Below, in pieces: positions 11,460 through 25,904 of a stretch of DNA of 64,000 nucleotides (the stretch's first letter is position 1; each line of letters opens with the position of its first letter). Position numbers and translations under genes: made by a program. This stretch comes from Vicugna vicugna (taxonomy: Eukaryota). The stretch spans positions 1,860,001-1,924,000 of the forward strand of contig MU058221.1 of the NCBI GenBank assembly GCA_013265495.1, given 5' to 3'. The notes below the pieces were generated by a model. That model did not search any database. It was not told the origin of the DNA and saw only the letters and a program-made list of their open reading frames with translations.

Positions 11460-12080
11460 TAATAGATCTGAACTCCTAATATTCCTCCACCGTGCACGTA
11501 GCTCCATCTCAGCAAATGGTGCTCATATACCAAGGTACTAAAGCATAAAACCTGGAAACAAGGTTTTGACATTTTCCTTTGCATCATTCAAAACACCACC
11601 GAGTCTTATTAGTTCTACTTCTGAACAAATTTTGGATCTATCCCTACTCTTTTTTCCACAGCCACCATCACCACCTAATCTAAATCACCGCCATCTTTTG
11701 CCTGGACACCTTCTGTGGCCAGCTACAAGATCCTCCTTCTTGGTCCCCTTTTAATCTGTTTTCTGCACAAAGAATGAAGTTATCTTTTTAAAATATACAT
11801 CAGGTAGCTCTGACTTCCCACTGTACTTGGAGTAAAATTCAAAATATTTAATACGACCTGAAAGACAACGTCAGAGCTGTCTCTAACCATGGTCTCCTGC
11901 TAATTGTGGATCCAAAGGTCACACTGGTCTTCTTTTCCATTCCTAGAACAAGTCAACTGTTGCCCATACAAGCGTCTACCTTCACTGTTCCATCTGCATT
12001 AAACACCATCCCCATCATTCTCATATGGCTTCTCATCTTTCAGTGCTCAGCCTAAAAGTCAGCCTTTCAAGATGTCAAAT
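11460..12080 (+). mobile_element. L2 LINE fragment
   Basis: ctccatctcagcaaatgg, ccaccatcaccacctaatc, catcttttgcctggac and aaaattcaaa motifs of the L2 3' region. Confidence 0.65.
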
Positions 12081-12369
12081 AAAGCTCTATATTGGTTTTG
12101 AAGATACTGGACAGGCACGGCTAACAGGTGCATCAGATGTATGGTGCTTTGTATCACTTCAATTTCCAGCATGATTCTTTGATACCCCCTCCCCTACCTC
12201 CCAGGTCTTTTGGAGATTAAGGAGTTTCCAAAGAGTCTGAAATACAAGCCAGAAAGTTTTGACTTGTAAAGGACAAGGGGACTTTACCAAGGAGCCTGGC
12301 TTTTCCAATTTACAATTTACAAGATGTACTGTCCTCAAAGGACAGAAGTCAGAACGATCTAAGTTTGCA

Positions 12370-12550
12370 GAGCTCTGATCTCGCCTCTGATACTGACATT
12401 TTACCTGGCTTGGGCCAGATGTGAAACCTCCCGAGGTCCTTCGCCTACTTACCTGTGAAATGGAGATGAAGATTCTGAGCTTTAAAGGGATTCGGTGGGA
12501 ATTAAACAGTATGTCAAAGTGCTTTGAAAGAGTGACGTGGTAAGTGTTGC
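12370..12550 (+). mobile_element. MIR SINE
   Basis: ttgggccagatg...acctgtgaaatggagatga...gtcaaagtgctttg core-like sequence. Confidence 0.55.
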
Positions 12551-14713
12551 CTTTTAGCTTCCCTCAGATGTTATACAGTTTCCCAAGTAGGTGAAAATTA
12601 ACTTCAATGTCATACTTCAGTTCTGACCTGATCATCTGTTGACTAGCGGTCCTAAAAATTCAACTGCGAGGCGTCTGAAACAGCAGAGGTGAGTGACCAC
12701 AGCACTATCCTGAGCATCCTGTGCATCCTCTCCCAGAGTCCTTTGCACAGATCCCGTCCTCCTGAGCAGATGGCACATGGAGCTTGACCGAAATTTAAAA
12801 TAACGTCCTCCTCGTAATTTGCTTCTAGGCAAATACAGAATATTGATTTTGACATTTCCATTAACAACATAAAATAAAAGAAGAGCAATTTTGTCGTCTA
12901 GTAGCCTTTTTTTTCAAATAATTATTTTTATTTACGGTGTTGAATAATTAATTCCTGCCCAGCGGGACAAAGAAATTTGTTAAATGCCTGAGAACAGCCC
13001 ACAGGCAAACTCACAAGGGAGCTAGAAGGGCTTCCGGAGAAGGTGAAGCTCTGACATCACTTGAAAACAGCACGGCGGAGCAGGCAAGCGTTCGCTTCCT
13101 GAGGTCAGGCTCAGACCGAGCATCATTCCCGGGTCAGTCAGTTACAGGCGGAGCTACGTGCACAAAGCAGTCTTGGGTTTTTGTTTTCTTCCTTTCTATA
13201 GAGAGGTTCCCGAGGTCAGTAAACATGTGTTATCTGCTGTCATATTTGAAGCACCTAATACAACGCATATTTGGGGCTTCATAAATATTGGCAGAATATA
13301 TTAGATCAATAAATTGAAGACTGGGCTGCTTGACAATATTCTTAGAAAAGAGTGGGCCAATTTGAACCCCTAGAAGAGTGCCCTAGGGTGACCCCACGTT
13401 GAAGGTTGGAAAAGGGAAAGATGGCTCTCCGAGGGTTTTCCCCAAATTCCACAGGGAGTTTTCTAAGCAATTGCATCACCAGATTTAGAAGAAGCTTCTA
13501 TTCAGAAGGCCCAGTAGTGACAGGCGTAGCAGTGCTGCTGAGGAAACCCTGTGCCCCAGCAGAGGACGCCACGGCGGTCTCCTGCAAGCCAGCTTGCTCA
13601 GGGAAGCGCGGATCTTCCACACAGGAACAGAGGTGCATGATCCTCCTCCTCACGCAAAACTTACGTGTCAGCCAAGGCTGCCCAGCGCTCTTGCTGGCCT
13701 GTTCCCTTCAGTGATGGAGAGCGGGTGCAACGTACGCACAAGGCTGATGTGATACAATGTGACACTGACTTCCAGTGCTCAAAGGGACCCCAGCGTTCAG
13801 CCCCGAGAACGAGCTAAGTTAGAAAGGACGGTGTTACCTGGAAAACTAACCCAAAGCTGCAGTGCTCTGGCTGCTATAAAAAGTGAACTGGAGTTTTGAC
13901 CAATTAATGGTGAAGCTGTGGCAAAACCTCTAACACCAAATAAGCCCCATGCCAGTGAGCAGGCAGTGCTCTTAGATTTCCTTTAGTGTGCTTTTTAAGC
14001 TACTGTTGATTTTTTTTCCTCCAAGTGAGATAAAAGAAAATCATGCTTGGTTACATGCTGTCAAATCTATGTTTCAGCTCTGCAGTGGCTTTGAGAAATA
14101 ATTGCCTGAAGATACAGATGCTCAGTTTTAAATAGGTGAGCCAACATAATCCTAGGAATCCACTTACACAAGAGCAACGTGGGGTCAAGAAACCGAGGTT
14201 TGGGTCCTTGCATTGTCATTACCCAGTTAGATGGATTTAGGGACTTCATTGCCCTTCTTCGGGCTTTGATTTTTCTCACAGAAAAAATGAAAAGGCTGCA
14301 CTAAGTTGACCAGATTATCATCACTGCTTCCTCCCAGCTATTCTTATAAACCCTCACCTGCCGAGGGGACATGGGCTTCACGCTGTAAAAGGAATTTTCC
14401 AGAGAAGTCTGCATTCCGTCTCCATGCTCATTTCTGAAGGAAGGCAACTTCAGGAATGGTATTCCTGCCGTCTCCCCAAACACAAGGTAGTTCGACAGTA
14501 AGTATGTGGAGAAAGAAAACCAAACATGTATTGGGCAGGGGGCCAGCAAAGAAACTGCCCCACGTACTGGGGCTAGAAATTGATCTTCTAAGGTTAAGTA
14601 CATCACCTTGTAATTAGTTCCTCAAACACCAAAATGGAGATGAGCAACCAGTAAACGGCAGCTTTGGGTCATGTGATGACTATTCTGACACATCAAAGAC
14701 AAGTATGGCTACC

Positions 14714-15688
14714 TTTTTTTAATTGAAGTACAGTTAATTACAACGTGTAAAATTCTGGTGTGCAGCACAATGTCCCAGTCACGCATATACACACATATAT
14801 TCATTTCCATATTTTTTTCATTAAAGCTATTACAAAATATTGAACATAGTTCCCTGTGCTCTACAGAAGAAACTTTTTAAAATCCATTTTTACATATAGT
14901 AGCTAACAGTTATCTCAAATCTCAAGCTCCCAAATTTATCCCTTCCCACCCCCTTTCCCCGGTAACCATAGATTGTTTACTATGTCTGCTAGTCTGTTTC
15001 TGTTTTGTAGATGAGTTCATTAGTGTCTTCTTTTCTCTTTTTCTTTTTCTTTCTTTTTTTAATTCCATTTAAGAGTGATATCATATGGTGTTTTTCTTTC
15101 TCTTTCTGGCTTACTTCACTTAGAATGACAATCTCTAGGTCCATCCATGTTGCTGCAAATGGCATTATTTTATTCTTTTTATGACTGAGTAGGATTCCAT
15201 TGTATAAATATACCACAATTTCTTTATCCAGTCATCTGTCGATGGACATTTAGGTTGTTTCGATGTCTTGGCTGTTGTATATAGTGCTGCTGTGAACACT
15301 GGGGTGCATGTATGTTTTCAAATTAGAGTTCCCTCCAGATATACGCCCAGGAGTGGGATTGCTGGATCATACGGCAACTTTATTTTTAGGTTTTTGAGGA
15401 AGCTCCATACTGTTATCGATAATCACTGCACCAAACTGCATTCCCACCAGCAGTGTAGGAGGGCTCCCTTTTCTCCACAGCCTCTCCAGCATTTATTGTT
15501 TGTTGACTTTTGAATGATGGCCATCCTGACTGGTGTGAGGTGATACCTCATTGCAGTTTTGATTTGCGTTTCTCTGATAATTAGAGATGCTGAGCATGTT
15601 TCCATGTGCCTGTTGGTCGTGTACATGTCCTCCTTGGAGAACCGCTTGCCTAGGTCTTCTGTCTGTTTTGGGATGGGGTTGTCTGTCA
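14714..15688 (-). mobile_element. Lineage-specific L1 3' end (~1 kb, 5'-truncated) with TSD
   Basis: ORF2 C-terminal peptide ([38 protein letters not shown]), poly(A) at 14714, TSD tatggctacctt (14704-14715) / tatggctaactt (15689-15700). Confidence 0.95.
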
Positions 15689-18009
15689 TATGGCTAACTT
15701 CTTGTGTTACGAGGAGTTGATATCCAAATGGTTCCTTGGAAATCATGACTCGAGCTTGAGAGCTCAAGTTCTATAAACTCTGTGGATTCAGACCTGTCTG
15801 TTCATACTTTAAACAAATTACTGAAGTGAGCCAAGTAGAAGTGTATAAGTATCAATAATGAAAGGGCCTTGTGGGAAGCTATCCTAATGGAAGAAAGGCG
15901 AAAACATACATTTGACTCACTGTCAGTTGATTCTGCTTGAAGCAGAGGGCCACTTTTGAAACCGAATGATTCATTCTATTCACGTTGGCCCTCAAGAGAG
16001 TTCCTGTGGCTCGTGTCTCAGTATTTTGAGAAGACTACCAACAAAAACAAGGAAGAAGAAGAAAAATTTTGGAATGGAAGGTCCAGCACACCAAAACCTC
16101 TACAGAAAATCAGGGGTACAAGGCAGCAGGATTTTGTGAGCCTTTCACTCAAGTGAAAGATCATTTTTGTCCCACTTCAGTGCAAGAGAATGGAAGCAAT
16201 ACAAAACTGAAAAGTACATCGCTCTTTGGAGTAGAAAAAAGGCAGAAGATCTTCTGTGTACTGGTGACAACATTCCCCAGGGAGCTTGGAGAGAATGAGC
16301 CACATGCCAACATCGGAAGCAAATTGGCGGTTCTGCGGACACCACCAGCTGGCTGAGATGACCTTATCCTCCAGCAGATGAGAACTGCTGTTGGTGAATC
16401 AAGTCTTTTTCTGTTGTAAGCGGGAGACATCCATTCAGACAAGCACAAGGAAGAGGAGGGGTGCATTGGCTGCTCCAAAGATAACCCACAAAAGGTAAGC
16501 AGAGGAAGTGTCACCGACATTTCCCAGATCGGGAGAGTGAAGGAGTTCAGAGGACAGTTCTCTTGTTTTTGTATTTCTTCTTCTCGCTATGCTGTGCTCT
16601 CATTGTCTCTGCAAGCCGGCCATTTCTGTTTCACCCAGAGCATTGTGGGAAGTGAGGACCACCTCCACATCAACATCACTTCCAGAGCCAATGATGCTCC
16701 AGCATCCCAGTGGCCCCAGGTGAATATTCCTAGAAAACCTACCTGCGAGCGCAGACACTCCAACAAGTATCCACCCTATTTCCTATACTGGTTTCTTCTA
16801 ATACCAGCTCAGAGAAAATTAAGGAGGAGGGAAAGAATCAGAGGCTTTGCAGTTCTGTGGGAGGTGTCTGACACTGAACACTAACTACCGTGACACTCTC
16901 ATGCTGCCTGGAATGACAGCACCTCAGAACACATGCCACAGAGCTTAGGGCCAATGGAGGCAGAGATATTATCAAAATGTTCCCTTTTTATTATCATAAG
17001 TCAAAAAAGAAATTTGATACCTGTCTTGAAAAAGTCTAATATTTAGATATTAAAAGGTTAAAGAAAGCAATGATTATCTAATTCAACATTGAAGAATCAT
17101 GCCACATTCCGTTTGTGTGCAAGCCATACGTCATCAAGTGCTCACTCTGTGGACACTCGAGCAGCCCTCCTGTACTTTAGATGCCACTCCCCTGTATTTC
17201 TCAGGTCACCCATTATACATGTGATAGACCAAGGGATTGTAGAACATGGTCATTCCCGTAGTGGCAAAAAAAGGTTCAGATTTTAAGTCTGAGAGAATGT
17301 GTATTACACAGCTATTTCATAAAAGAGAGCTCAGTTTTGCCAGATTGACTTTTCATTTGAATTAAGTTGAGGTAGAAATAATGAAGTTATCCTCACATCA
17401 TGGAATACCATGTTGGAAATGACTTGAAAGACAGTATCTTCAAGTAATTGCCAAACTTCTTCGAATGCTCCTTCCTAAGATTAAAACAAAAAAGCCTTCT
17501 GGATGAGCAGATGTCAACCACTTCAACTGATTGAGAAATTACATTATGAGAAATAGCCACTAAACACTGAGAAAAGCTTTTTGGAAATTTTTATTATATG
17601 AAATACACTGAGTATTTTGCTTAAGTGAGTAAATCACTAGACACTATAAACAAAACTTGGAATTCCTATGTGGAATTGAAGCCTTTTCAAAGTAACTTCA
17701 CAGCTCTCAGGAACTCATGGCCCACAGGTTAGTAATCACTAGCGGGTTTTTTGTTTGTTTGTTTGTTTTATTTTTAATTGAGTAACAACTGTTTTTCACA
17801 CACCTCATTTTTATAAATAAAGGAACTAGAGTAAAGAAAATGAAATGATTTTCCTAAGGTCAAAAATTTGCAACATCCGTGGAAGAACCAGGCTTTGAAT
17901 TCAATTCAATGGGCAAGATGTTGCCCATTGTTCATGACTCTTCTGTCTGATTCAAAGAATCAATTACTTCAATTCATTTTATCTTTAAATGTCACTATTT
18001 GGCTTGCAT

Positions 18010-18083
18010 TGAAGAAGAAGAAGGAAGAGGAGGAGGAGAAGAAGGGGAGGAAGGGGAGGAAGAGGAGGAGAAGGAGGAGGAAG
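18010..18083 (+). repeat. Polypurine (GAA/GAG)n low-complexity tract
   Basis: gaagaagaagaaggaagaggaggaggagaag... Confidence 0.9.
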
Positions 18084-20668
18084 ATTGCATCTCAAATACA
18101 TACATTTCAAAGATATCTATGTCAAATATATGTCAAACATATTTTTTCCACAATCCAAAACAGCATAAGCATTTTCCAGTGAAAATGGAACATCCTAGTT
18201 CTCTGATGGCAAAATAGTTACATGAAAAAAGCCTCAAACTTTAGAAGTGTTATTTCTTCTACTCCATATGGGGCACTTGGAAGACCCTCAGAAGTGACTC
18301 CAAAGACGCAGCCCAACATTGTCACAGCATTTCAACTTATTTTTTCGTAATGTATTTTTCTGGCTAGCTGATAACATTAAAAACGTTTTATAAGACAATA
18401 AGAAAGCAATAAGAAAAAATCATGAATACCCTTATCACTCCCCCCAGTGAGGTGAATGGGCAGTGAGACGTCAAAAGTGCTTTCCATGGAGACCTGAGTT
18501 TCATGTCAGTCTCTAAAATGAAGACCGACAGCCACAGTTCGGACAAACACAATTTGGTTGCTCCTCCAAACCTCAACCACTGGGTATAATCCTCCAGTGA
18601 GACGCCACGGTTCCAACATCTCCAGCTTCCGCTTGCAGAAAAGAAATACCTCAGCCGAAAGCAATTTTTTTCCCCTAGTGTTTATGGCCAAGGCACCTAC
18701 ACGCTGGTAAAATCAAACTATGACACATAATTTATTTCTGTTATGGAAATAATCACCCGACTATGGTAGCTGGAAGGACTTGCGTTTTTTTCCCTCCTTG
18801 CAAAATGAAAGTCAACATCTTGTGCCAATATTTTTAACCCCTCATTACTAGTTGAACCAATTTTGCAAAAATTCACGTCCTCCTCGTCATCCACCGTTTG
18901 GTGAGCTGCACTCGTCTCTGCAGCCTCTTTTAAGCGATAAGCCCCGTTCATGGCCGTGTGAAGTGTCGCACGGCCTTCAGACACCTGAAGGGCAGCGTGG
19001 CGAGGCTCAGCAGACTGAACGTCCTGTTGGTAAAGCTTCCTGGTGCCTCGTTCATTATCATTCCAGTCACTCTTCGAGGTCCAGTATAACTCATATTGAT
19101 TCCATTTCCTGAAGGAGTCTGGGGATAAGACAGACAAGTAATTAAGCAGTTTTTCAAAGGAGAAGCACTGCCACCAAAAATCGTTAAAGAAGAATAAAAC
19201 ACTTACCCTCCTCTCCCGGATCCAAATGAATTTGTAACTGATTCAAGAGTCAGCTTCCTGAAGCATCAAAACTTGGAAAATTGGGAGAATTTGGAAATAC
19301 ATGACTAACTGAAAGTGTTTTAAGGGTTGCCTGTATGTAGTCTTGATTTGGTGTGAATTCACATCTGTCCTGGATACCAGCTATGTTTCGGAAATAGCCG
19401 CAGCTCTGTCATATCATTGAAAACGTGTACTTTAAAAATTAATGTCCTCTGTATATACTCGACTCACTGTGGGCGTGTTCCTACGGCAAGGCACTGCTTT
19501 GTAGAAAACTGATGTTAGAGCTAAAGCTTTCAAACAACGTTGACTTGGGGGAGCCAGAAAAAAAAAGAGAGAGAGAGAGACAGAGAGAAGAAGAAAAGGA
19601 AAAGAAAAGGAAAATATTTAGCTCCGTCTAAAAGGAATGGTGAGGTGGGCAGTGTGTTTTAAACAGAACATTCAAATACAACCCCTGGCTCTGGAGTTTT
19701 AATTCAAGTAATTGGCATGCTATGAACGTGGCAAGGAAATGTGTAAACAGGAGCAGTAAAAATTTACAAGCTGCTAAGAACGTGTAGCGACAGATAAGCT
19801 AAAAATTATCCATCCTCTGTAGTCAGAGAACCCGACTGACCCAGAAGCTAACCCGCTCAGAGCGAGTCATATGTGACTCTAACAGATTAAGAACGACTGG
19901 CTTTCTGTAAGTGGTAGGGGTTTGGGTGTTTCCCTTCTTCGGCTGTGGGCAGTAGTTTACAAGACTGATAACACCCTTTTAAAAAACAAAACAAAACAAG
20001 AGAAAGGTGGGTCTCTAAGCAGGACGGAAGGCAAGCCTTCCAGTTAGTCAAGCCATTCCTGCTTTATCTCAAGACTGTTATACTGAAAAAATTTCTCACA
20101 TCATTGGTTCAGTGATTTTCTAACTGTAATCTTTGGATGTTTATCCAGAGGCCATGGAAGGAGGCACAGGAGAGTAGAGGTAGTTAGAATAGGTAACTGC
20201 ACCATGATTCAAAGAAGGTCGGTCGCCCATAAAAAGAGCAGAGGCAAATACAGATTTGCAAATCCATTTTTATTCTCTCATGATAGACGAAACATCACAG
20301 TTCTACAGGAAAGAAGCTGCACGAGGTCTATTCAATTATTAGAAACAGGATCAGGAACAGAGTCCAATGCTGAGTCACGCAGATGATGGAGATGGTGCAA
20401 GGCAGGCCTGTTACCTTTCAAGATCCTGTTAGTCTTCATGACTAGAATACTCCTAGGATGCAGTGATTTCCACCCAAATTCTCCCACGGCTCACAGTTTT
20501 CTTTGTTGTATTTTACATTTTGTCCTGTGAACAATTTCAATCTCATATTCTGGCTTATCACTGAATTATGATTTATCATCCACAGTTTATGTCATGAATG
20601 TCATAAAACTGGGCATGTCTTAGCACATTTCCAGGACTTCCAATCTCCCTCTCCCCACTCCCTGCCTT

Positions 20669-20677
<9 letters not shown>

Positions 20678-20701
<24 letters not shown>

Positions 20702-20708
20702 TACACAT
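20678..20708. repeat. (CA)n microsatellite
   Basis: Visible tandem AC run. Confidence 0.9.
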
Positions 20709-23700
20709 TTTATAACTTCATAACTCTTCCGTGCCTCCTTTCACTTTTCAAAGAACTCAGTTTTCATGCTCCATCAGCCTCCTGCTGGGACCCTGATCCA
20801 CTGAAGGGTCAAGAAGGTAATTACACAAAAAGTCTTGCGTGCAGGTAATGGTCATCACAACTTCGGCCATTTCCTTGTATGGGCCCACAAAGATGGGGCA
20901 ACTGCTTTGCGTGTACAATATTTTACACTCTTAGATACTGTGACCCATGTTCTCACTGTTGAAGTTTGGGGAAGTCAGACACTCGGGGTACAGATTGTGG
21001 ATGTGTTAGGGATAACAGCCAGGGATTGCTTCAAAATATAACAATTCAGGCTTGGAAATATTTGACAAAGCTTAAGGGTATCTTGGTAAGGAATTACAAT
21101 TTAAAAAGTAACTTTCTCCTTTAAAGGTCACAAAAATCACAATATTAGTCAGCCCACAACATCCCCTAAAACTGAAGTTATCTTTTGCTCACTGAAGACC
21201 CCTCTACAATGGCTAAAGAGAAGTTGAAGTTCTGTGTCTAACACAAGAGTTGTTCTTCATTTTTTTTTCTATTAACAGTAATTAAACTTCTATGTAGTCA
21301 GAAGTGAACGTAATCCTTAAGTCCAGTTATTCATATTCTTGCAATAATTAAATACATAAACATTAAATGCAACCCTAAACCAATCAGAGTTGTTTTATGT
21401 GGTCGCGATTTAAGAAGATTTAAAACTTACACCTCGTTTGGTGCTGTATTAAAACAGAGGGAAGTTGGATATTGTTTGATAAGTTGACTTTAGTCTCTCC
21501 AAGGCCAATCGGCATCGGATTCTGTTGTATCTCACAAGAGGGACTCATTATTGTCCCAAACTCTGGCATATGTTTTGGGAAAGAGTTTTTGCCACTCTTG
21601 CAACAAAGGCAATCTACAGGGTAGAAGGACACTTGCTTGGAAACGCTGAAACTGCTAACCCTGTGATCCCAGCACTAGAGGTCTGTCTACAAGAGACCGA
21701 TCTCACGTTTTGTGCCCCCCCCCCCCCACGGGGAAAGACGGAAAAGAAAAATCTAAATGTACGGTATGCAGATGGAGAAAAAGCAGCTGGAGAGCTTCGA
21801 AGGGTTAAGTAATAAGAACTCAAAGTGCGCGGTTTAAAGCAAATGATTTTAGATTCACCGCATTCAAGGAGGAATAAGAGATACCAAGAAACTTTGTCTC
21901 CCCCAAGCCTGTAGCAAACACGTATGTGTAAGGTGTTTGTTTCAATTCTTACACTTATGAGGCCCATGGTTCACAGTGAAGAAAGATTGGATATATTTTT
22001 CTAATAGAAAAAAAGTGACCTTGATTTTCAAACATGAAAAGATGACCATAAATACAGGGAACTCAAATCCTGTGTGGGATAAAAAAGTTCACTGTATTTC
22101 ATTGCAACTCTTGAACCACATGTCCAATTAAACCAAAGACAATTATAAGGTTCTTAGGGAAAAAAAAAGTGTGTTGAAGATTAGCTCCTGGAGAAATCAC
22201 AAAACTTTTTTCCTATCTAACCTGTTTACTGAAGCGCTCTCACTGTTTTCTTAATGTAAAAAAAAAAAAAGGAAAGAATATTATATTGTCCATTGGGTTA
22301 GTGGAGAGAGAATTGATGCTATGAAAGCAAAACTTATAAACCCACGTGCTGGTTCTCTTCCTCCCTCTCTCGCACCCCTCCCTCCTTACACTGCCCACCA
22401 GCCGCTAATCTCGGAGCTGCGACCCTGACCTAAAAGCACCTGGAGCGCAAGGCCCAGACTAGATCCTGGCAAACAGGCTGTTTCTGGCACCAGCGCCCTT
22501 TCCTCACACTGAGGAGGAACCATGTAAAATTGGGTGGTAGGCTTGTGCTGGAAATTTCCAGAGCAAACCTTAAGCTCAGGAAACCCACTCTTAGCCCCCA
22601 CCGATAAGCCCTCCATGAGGCCTGAGCGTCTCATCAGGGACTGGTTTTGAAGATTAGGACCAAAGCCTCAGCAGAAAACACAGGCTTCCTTTGCCCCATC
22701 ATAGACGGTCCCTCCCAGACTCTCCGCGCTTTCGGATGTTGGGAATTGCTTGTGTCTTCACGTAATTTGAATATTCCTGTGTCCCCTGGAAAAATACTGA
22801 AACAATATCATTTTATTTCTTATAATAGTCATGCTGTCTTCGCTTTAATGAAATGAGTGGATTTTGAAGAAAAGAAAAATAATTTCCCCAGTATAGCTTA
22901 ACAGGTATGAATAGAGTGAACAGGTGTGACTGGTCCGGCCCTTTCCTGGGCAGTGATTTGCTAGATAGCCGTTACCTGCATAAATGAGTGAGCTTCTTGT
23001 TAGAAAGCCCTTGAGGTGACATAACAAAATTCTTCTATTCACTTATTTTTTTTTCGTCACCATAGTATTGTTCTAGTTCAACCTGGTGCAAACCCATCAA
23101 AAGGCACTTGACAAAGTGGAGAGCCGGCGTCCTCAAAAGTTCAAAAGGAAAAAAGATAAAGTTTATTGTACATTTTGCATGGCTTTATAGTCAAAACTTT
23201 CTAGGGAAAATAAATTGGGGCTATAAATTTACCCATTTTATTTTCCATCTCACACCGTGCAACAAATCCAAAAATTGTTCAGGCTTTCCTCCTGCTGAAC
23301 TAAATTCTTTATCTATTGCACTGTGCTCAGAAAAAGATTAATAATCATGTTTTCAAAGTGCTGCTGCCCACTGTGAAATTTGTTCCCCTGCCATTTCTGA
23401 AAAAAAAAAAATGCATGCCACAGTAAAACTTCTGCCTGGCTTACAGCTAACTCAGAAAATAGCTCTTCTGACGCTATAATTCTTGCCTGTGAAAAAGAAA
23501 TGGATGGAAGAGATTTGGCCTTAGTGCACACACAGACGCATTAACAGTACGAGTAAAATCTGACAGGATTTGAAATATAATTACATCTGAAGCGCATTCA
23601 AGATGAAAACATCTCACACTGATTCTATTCGAAGCTTCACAGAAAGGCAACTGGCTAATGAAAAATGAATCTGAGGCAAAAAAATTATGAATCTCAAATA

Positions 23701-24877
23701 ATCTTCAAGATATCACATTCAACATTTAAGACAAGCAACTACGTTGTAAATAAAATAATTTGGTGCCGTGAACTCCTGCTCATAGTTCCAGGAACAAAGC
23801 ATAACCTCGTTTACTTTTAAGATCTTCCCAATTGTACAGACAAATATTACTTTCTGCAGTTACAAAGAGAGGCATACCTAAGGATTGTGAGAAATAAAAA
23901 AAAAATGTTCTTCTTTACACAAAGAGAGTGACATCGGAATGTATCCATTTTCATCGACGTGGCTTGAGGGACGAAGGCTTTCTTTGCCTGAGAAATGAGA
24001 CAGCTACGTTAACTTGAACAAAGAACATATGATTTTTAATCCCTTTAGAATGACTCAGTTTTACTCCCGGGGACATTTTGGGGAAGAAAGGTCAGAAGTG
24101 TGGTGAGATTTGTTTTAGAATCAGCAACCAGAGCGGCAAAGCCAGCCTCGCAGTGCCCACTCTGGCAGCCCTGATGGAAGCTGGGCAGAGCCGTGGCCCC
24201 TTGGACGGAATCGAGCGGAAACCTCACCCGTCGCTGGTGCCTTTAGTGCTGGTCCTTCCGCACACGCCCCCTTGACACTCAGATGCCTTCCGGCCCTTCA
24301 TTTCCTTCAGTTACTTGGAGCTACCTCTCTTTCTTGGCTCCTTGCAAATGGTTTTTCTCTGTTCATTCAACTTTTAAACGTTAGCATTCTTTTTCGGGAG
24401 TGTACTCTTGGCCTTTTTCATAACATTCTGAAATCACATTACTCACACGTTTGTCTGTTTGGTTATTACTGGTTGATACGTCAGCTCCATCAGAGTAAGA
24501 ACCTGGCCTGTCTTTCCACTGTTACCTCCTGTGCGTGCAGGACAGCGCCTGGCATCTTCTGGTGGCTCTTTTCCAGATATCACTAAGTCTATATCTTCAC
24601 TTTAATCCTCTCTCTGAGACTCGAGAGGCTTGTATCTAATCTCCGACTGGATACCCCTGCCTGGGAGTCTTGTGTTTGTTTTGAACACACTGTGTCCAGA
24701 GAGAGTTTATTATATTCCACATTCAGCCCTTCTTTCAACTTTTTGCCTCAGTGACTTCCTTTTTTTTCTTGTATCTCTTTTCATTTTAATATCTGCTCTA
24801 TCACATAGGCCAGAAACCAGAGGTTGTTGTAAAATCACTTCATCTAGTTCTCCTACAATCAGTTGGCTGCTGAAAAG

Positions 24878-25570
24878 TAAAACTAAACAAATTAGACTAC
24901 ACCCAATAAAACGTTTCTGCACAACAGAGGTTAACGATTACAGAACGCAAAGGCCACCCACGGAGTGGGAGGAAATAGTCGTCAGCCGTGTATGTGATAG
25001 GGGATTTTATCTACAAAATGTGTAAGGAACTTGGCATGGCGAGAATAGGTAATAATAAAGTATTCTATACCTGAAATTTGCCAAAAGGGTAGAAGACTTG
25101 GGCTCAGTATTCTTGCCCCCACCACCAGCCCACCACACACACGCAAAGGTAACTGCACAAGAAGACGGGGTCGTCAGCTCGTTTGTGGTAATCATTTGAC
25201 AATGGATAAATATATCAAAACACCCCATTTTTTAGAAAATCCTATTTTTATTTGCCAGAAGTAAATAAATATATGAAAAGAAATTATGTATGCCCGAAAA
25301 CAATAGAGCAATACCATTACAATGATGAAAGGGAAAATAAAAATTGTCAACTAAGAATACTACACACAGCAAAACTATCTTTCAATAATGAAAACAAAGC
25401 AAAGGCTTTTTCAGTAAAACAGGAACTGAGATTTTTTGTCTGTGTAGTTGATTTGCGCTACAAAAAAACGTTGAAGGTGAATCATCAGGCAGAAGCAATA
25501 CAATATTAAATGAAAACTTGGATCCACTGAAAGAAATGACATAAAAGAAGTGAAGTATAAATCCTTCTAT
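24878..25570 (+). mobile_element. Composite of old L1 fragments (ORF2 piece, 3' UTR piece, ORF1 C-terminal piece)
   Basis: ttctgcacaacagag...gagtgggaggaaata (ORF2), tatacctgaaatttgccaaaagggtaga (3' UTR) and CQLRILHTAKLSFNNE (ORF1-like). Confidence 0.7.
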
Positions 25571-25596
25571 TTTCTTAGTTTAAGGCTCAAAACAAA

Positions 25597-25785
25597 CCCT
25601 ATCCAGTAGAATTTCCCAGAATGATGGGCTGTTTATTTCGGTGTTGTCATTAAGATTCGCCACATGTGGCTTTCGAACAACTGAAGCGTGGTGTTACCGA
25701 GGCACTGAATTTTAAGTTTCATTGAATTTCCACTAATTTAAATGTAGTCACATGTGGCTAGTGGCTACTTTATTAAATTTTGCAT
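25597..25785. mobile_element. MER3-like hAT-Charlie element
   Basis: gccacatgtggct...gaggcactgaattttaagttt...gtagtcacatgtggctagtggctac. Confidence 0.65.
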
Positions 25786-25904
25786 CTTTAAAAAACAGCA
25801 TTGTCTAAAGCAAAAAAAGGAGCAAGACATACTATAGCATATATTAAATGCCTGGTAACTAGCACAAATGATAGTTGGGAAAAATGGAAAATATAAAATT
25901 TGAA

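Noticed and set aside
12632..12888. Cys-containing minus-strand ORFs (CICLEANY...CAIC)
   Set aside because: Spacing does not fit a RING or zinc finger, and there are no convincing splice sites
14989..15767. ORFs with protein-like sequence
   Set aside because: L1 ORF2 C-terminus and 3' UTR, not a host gene
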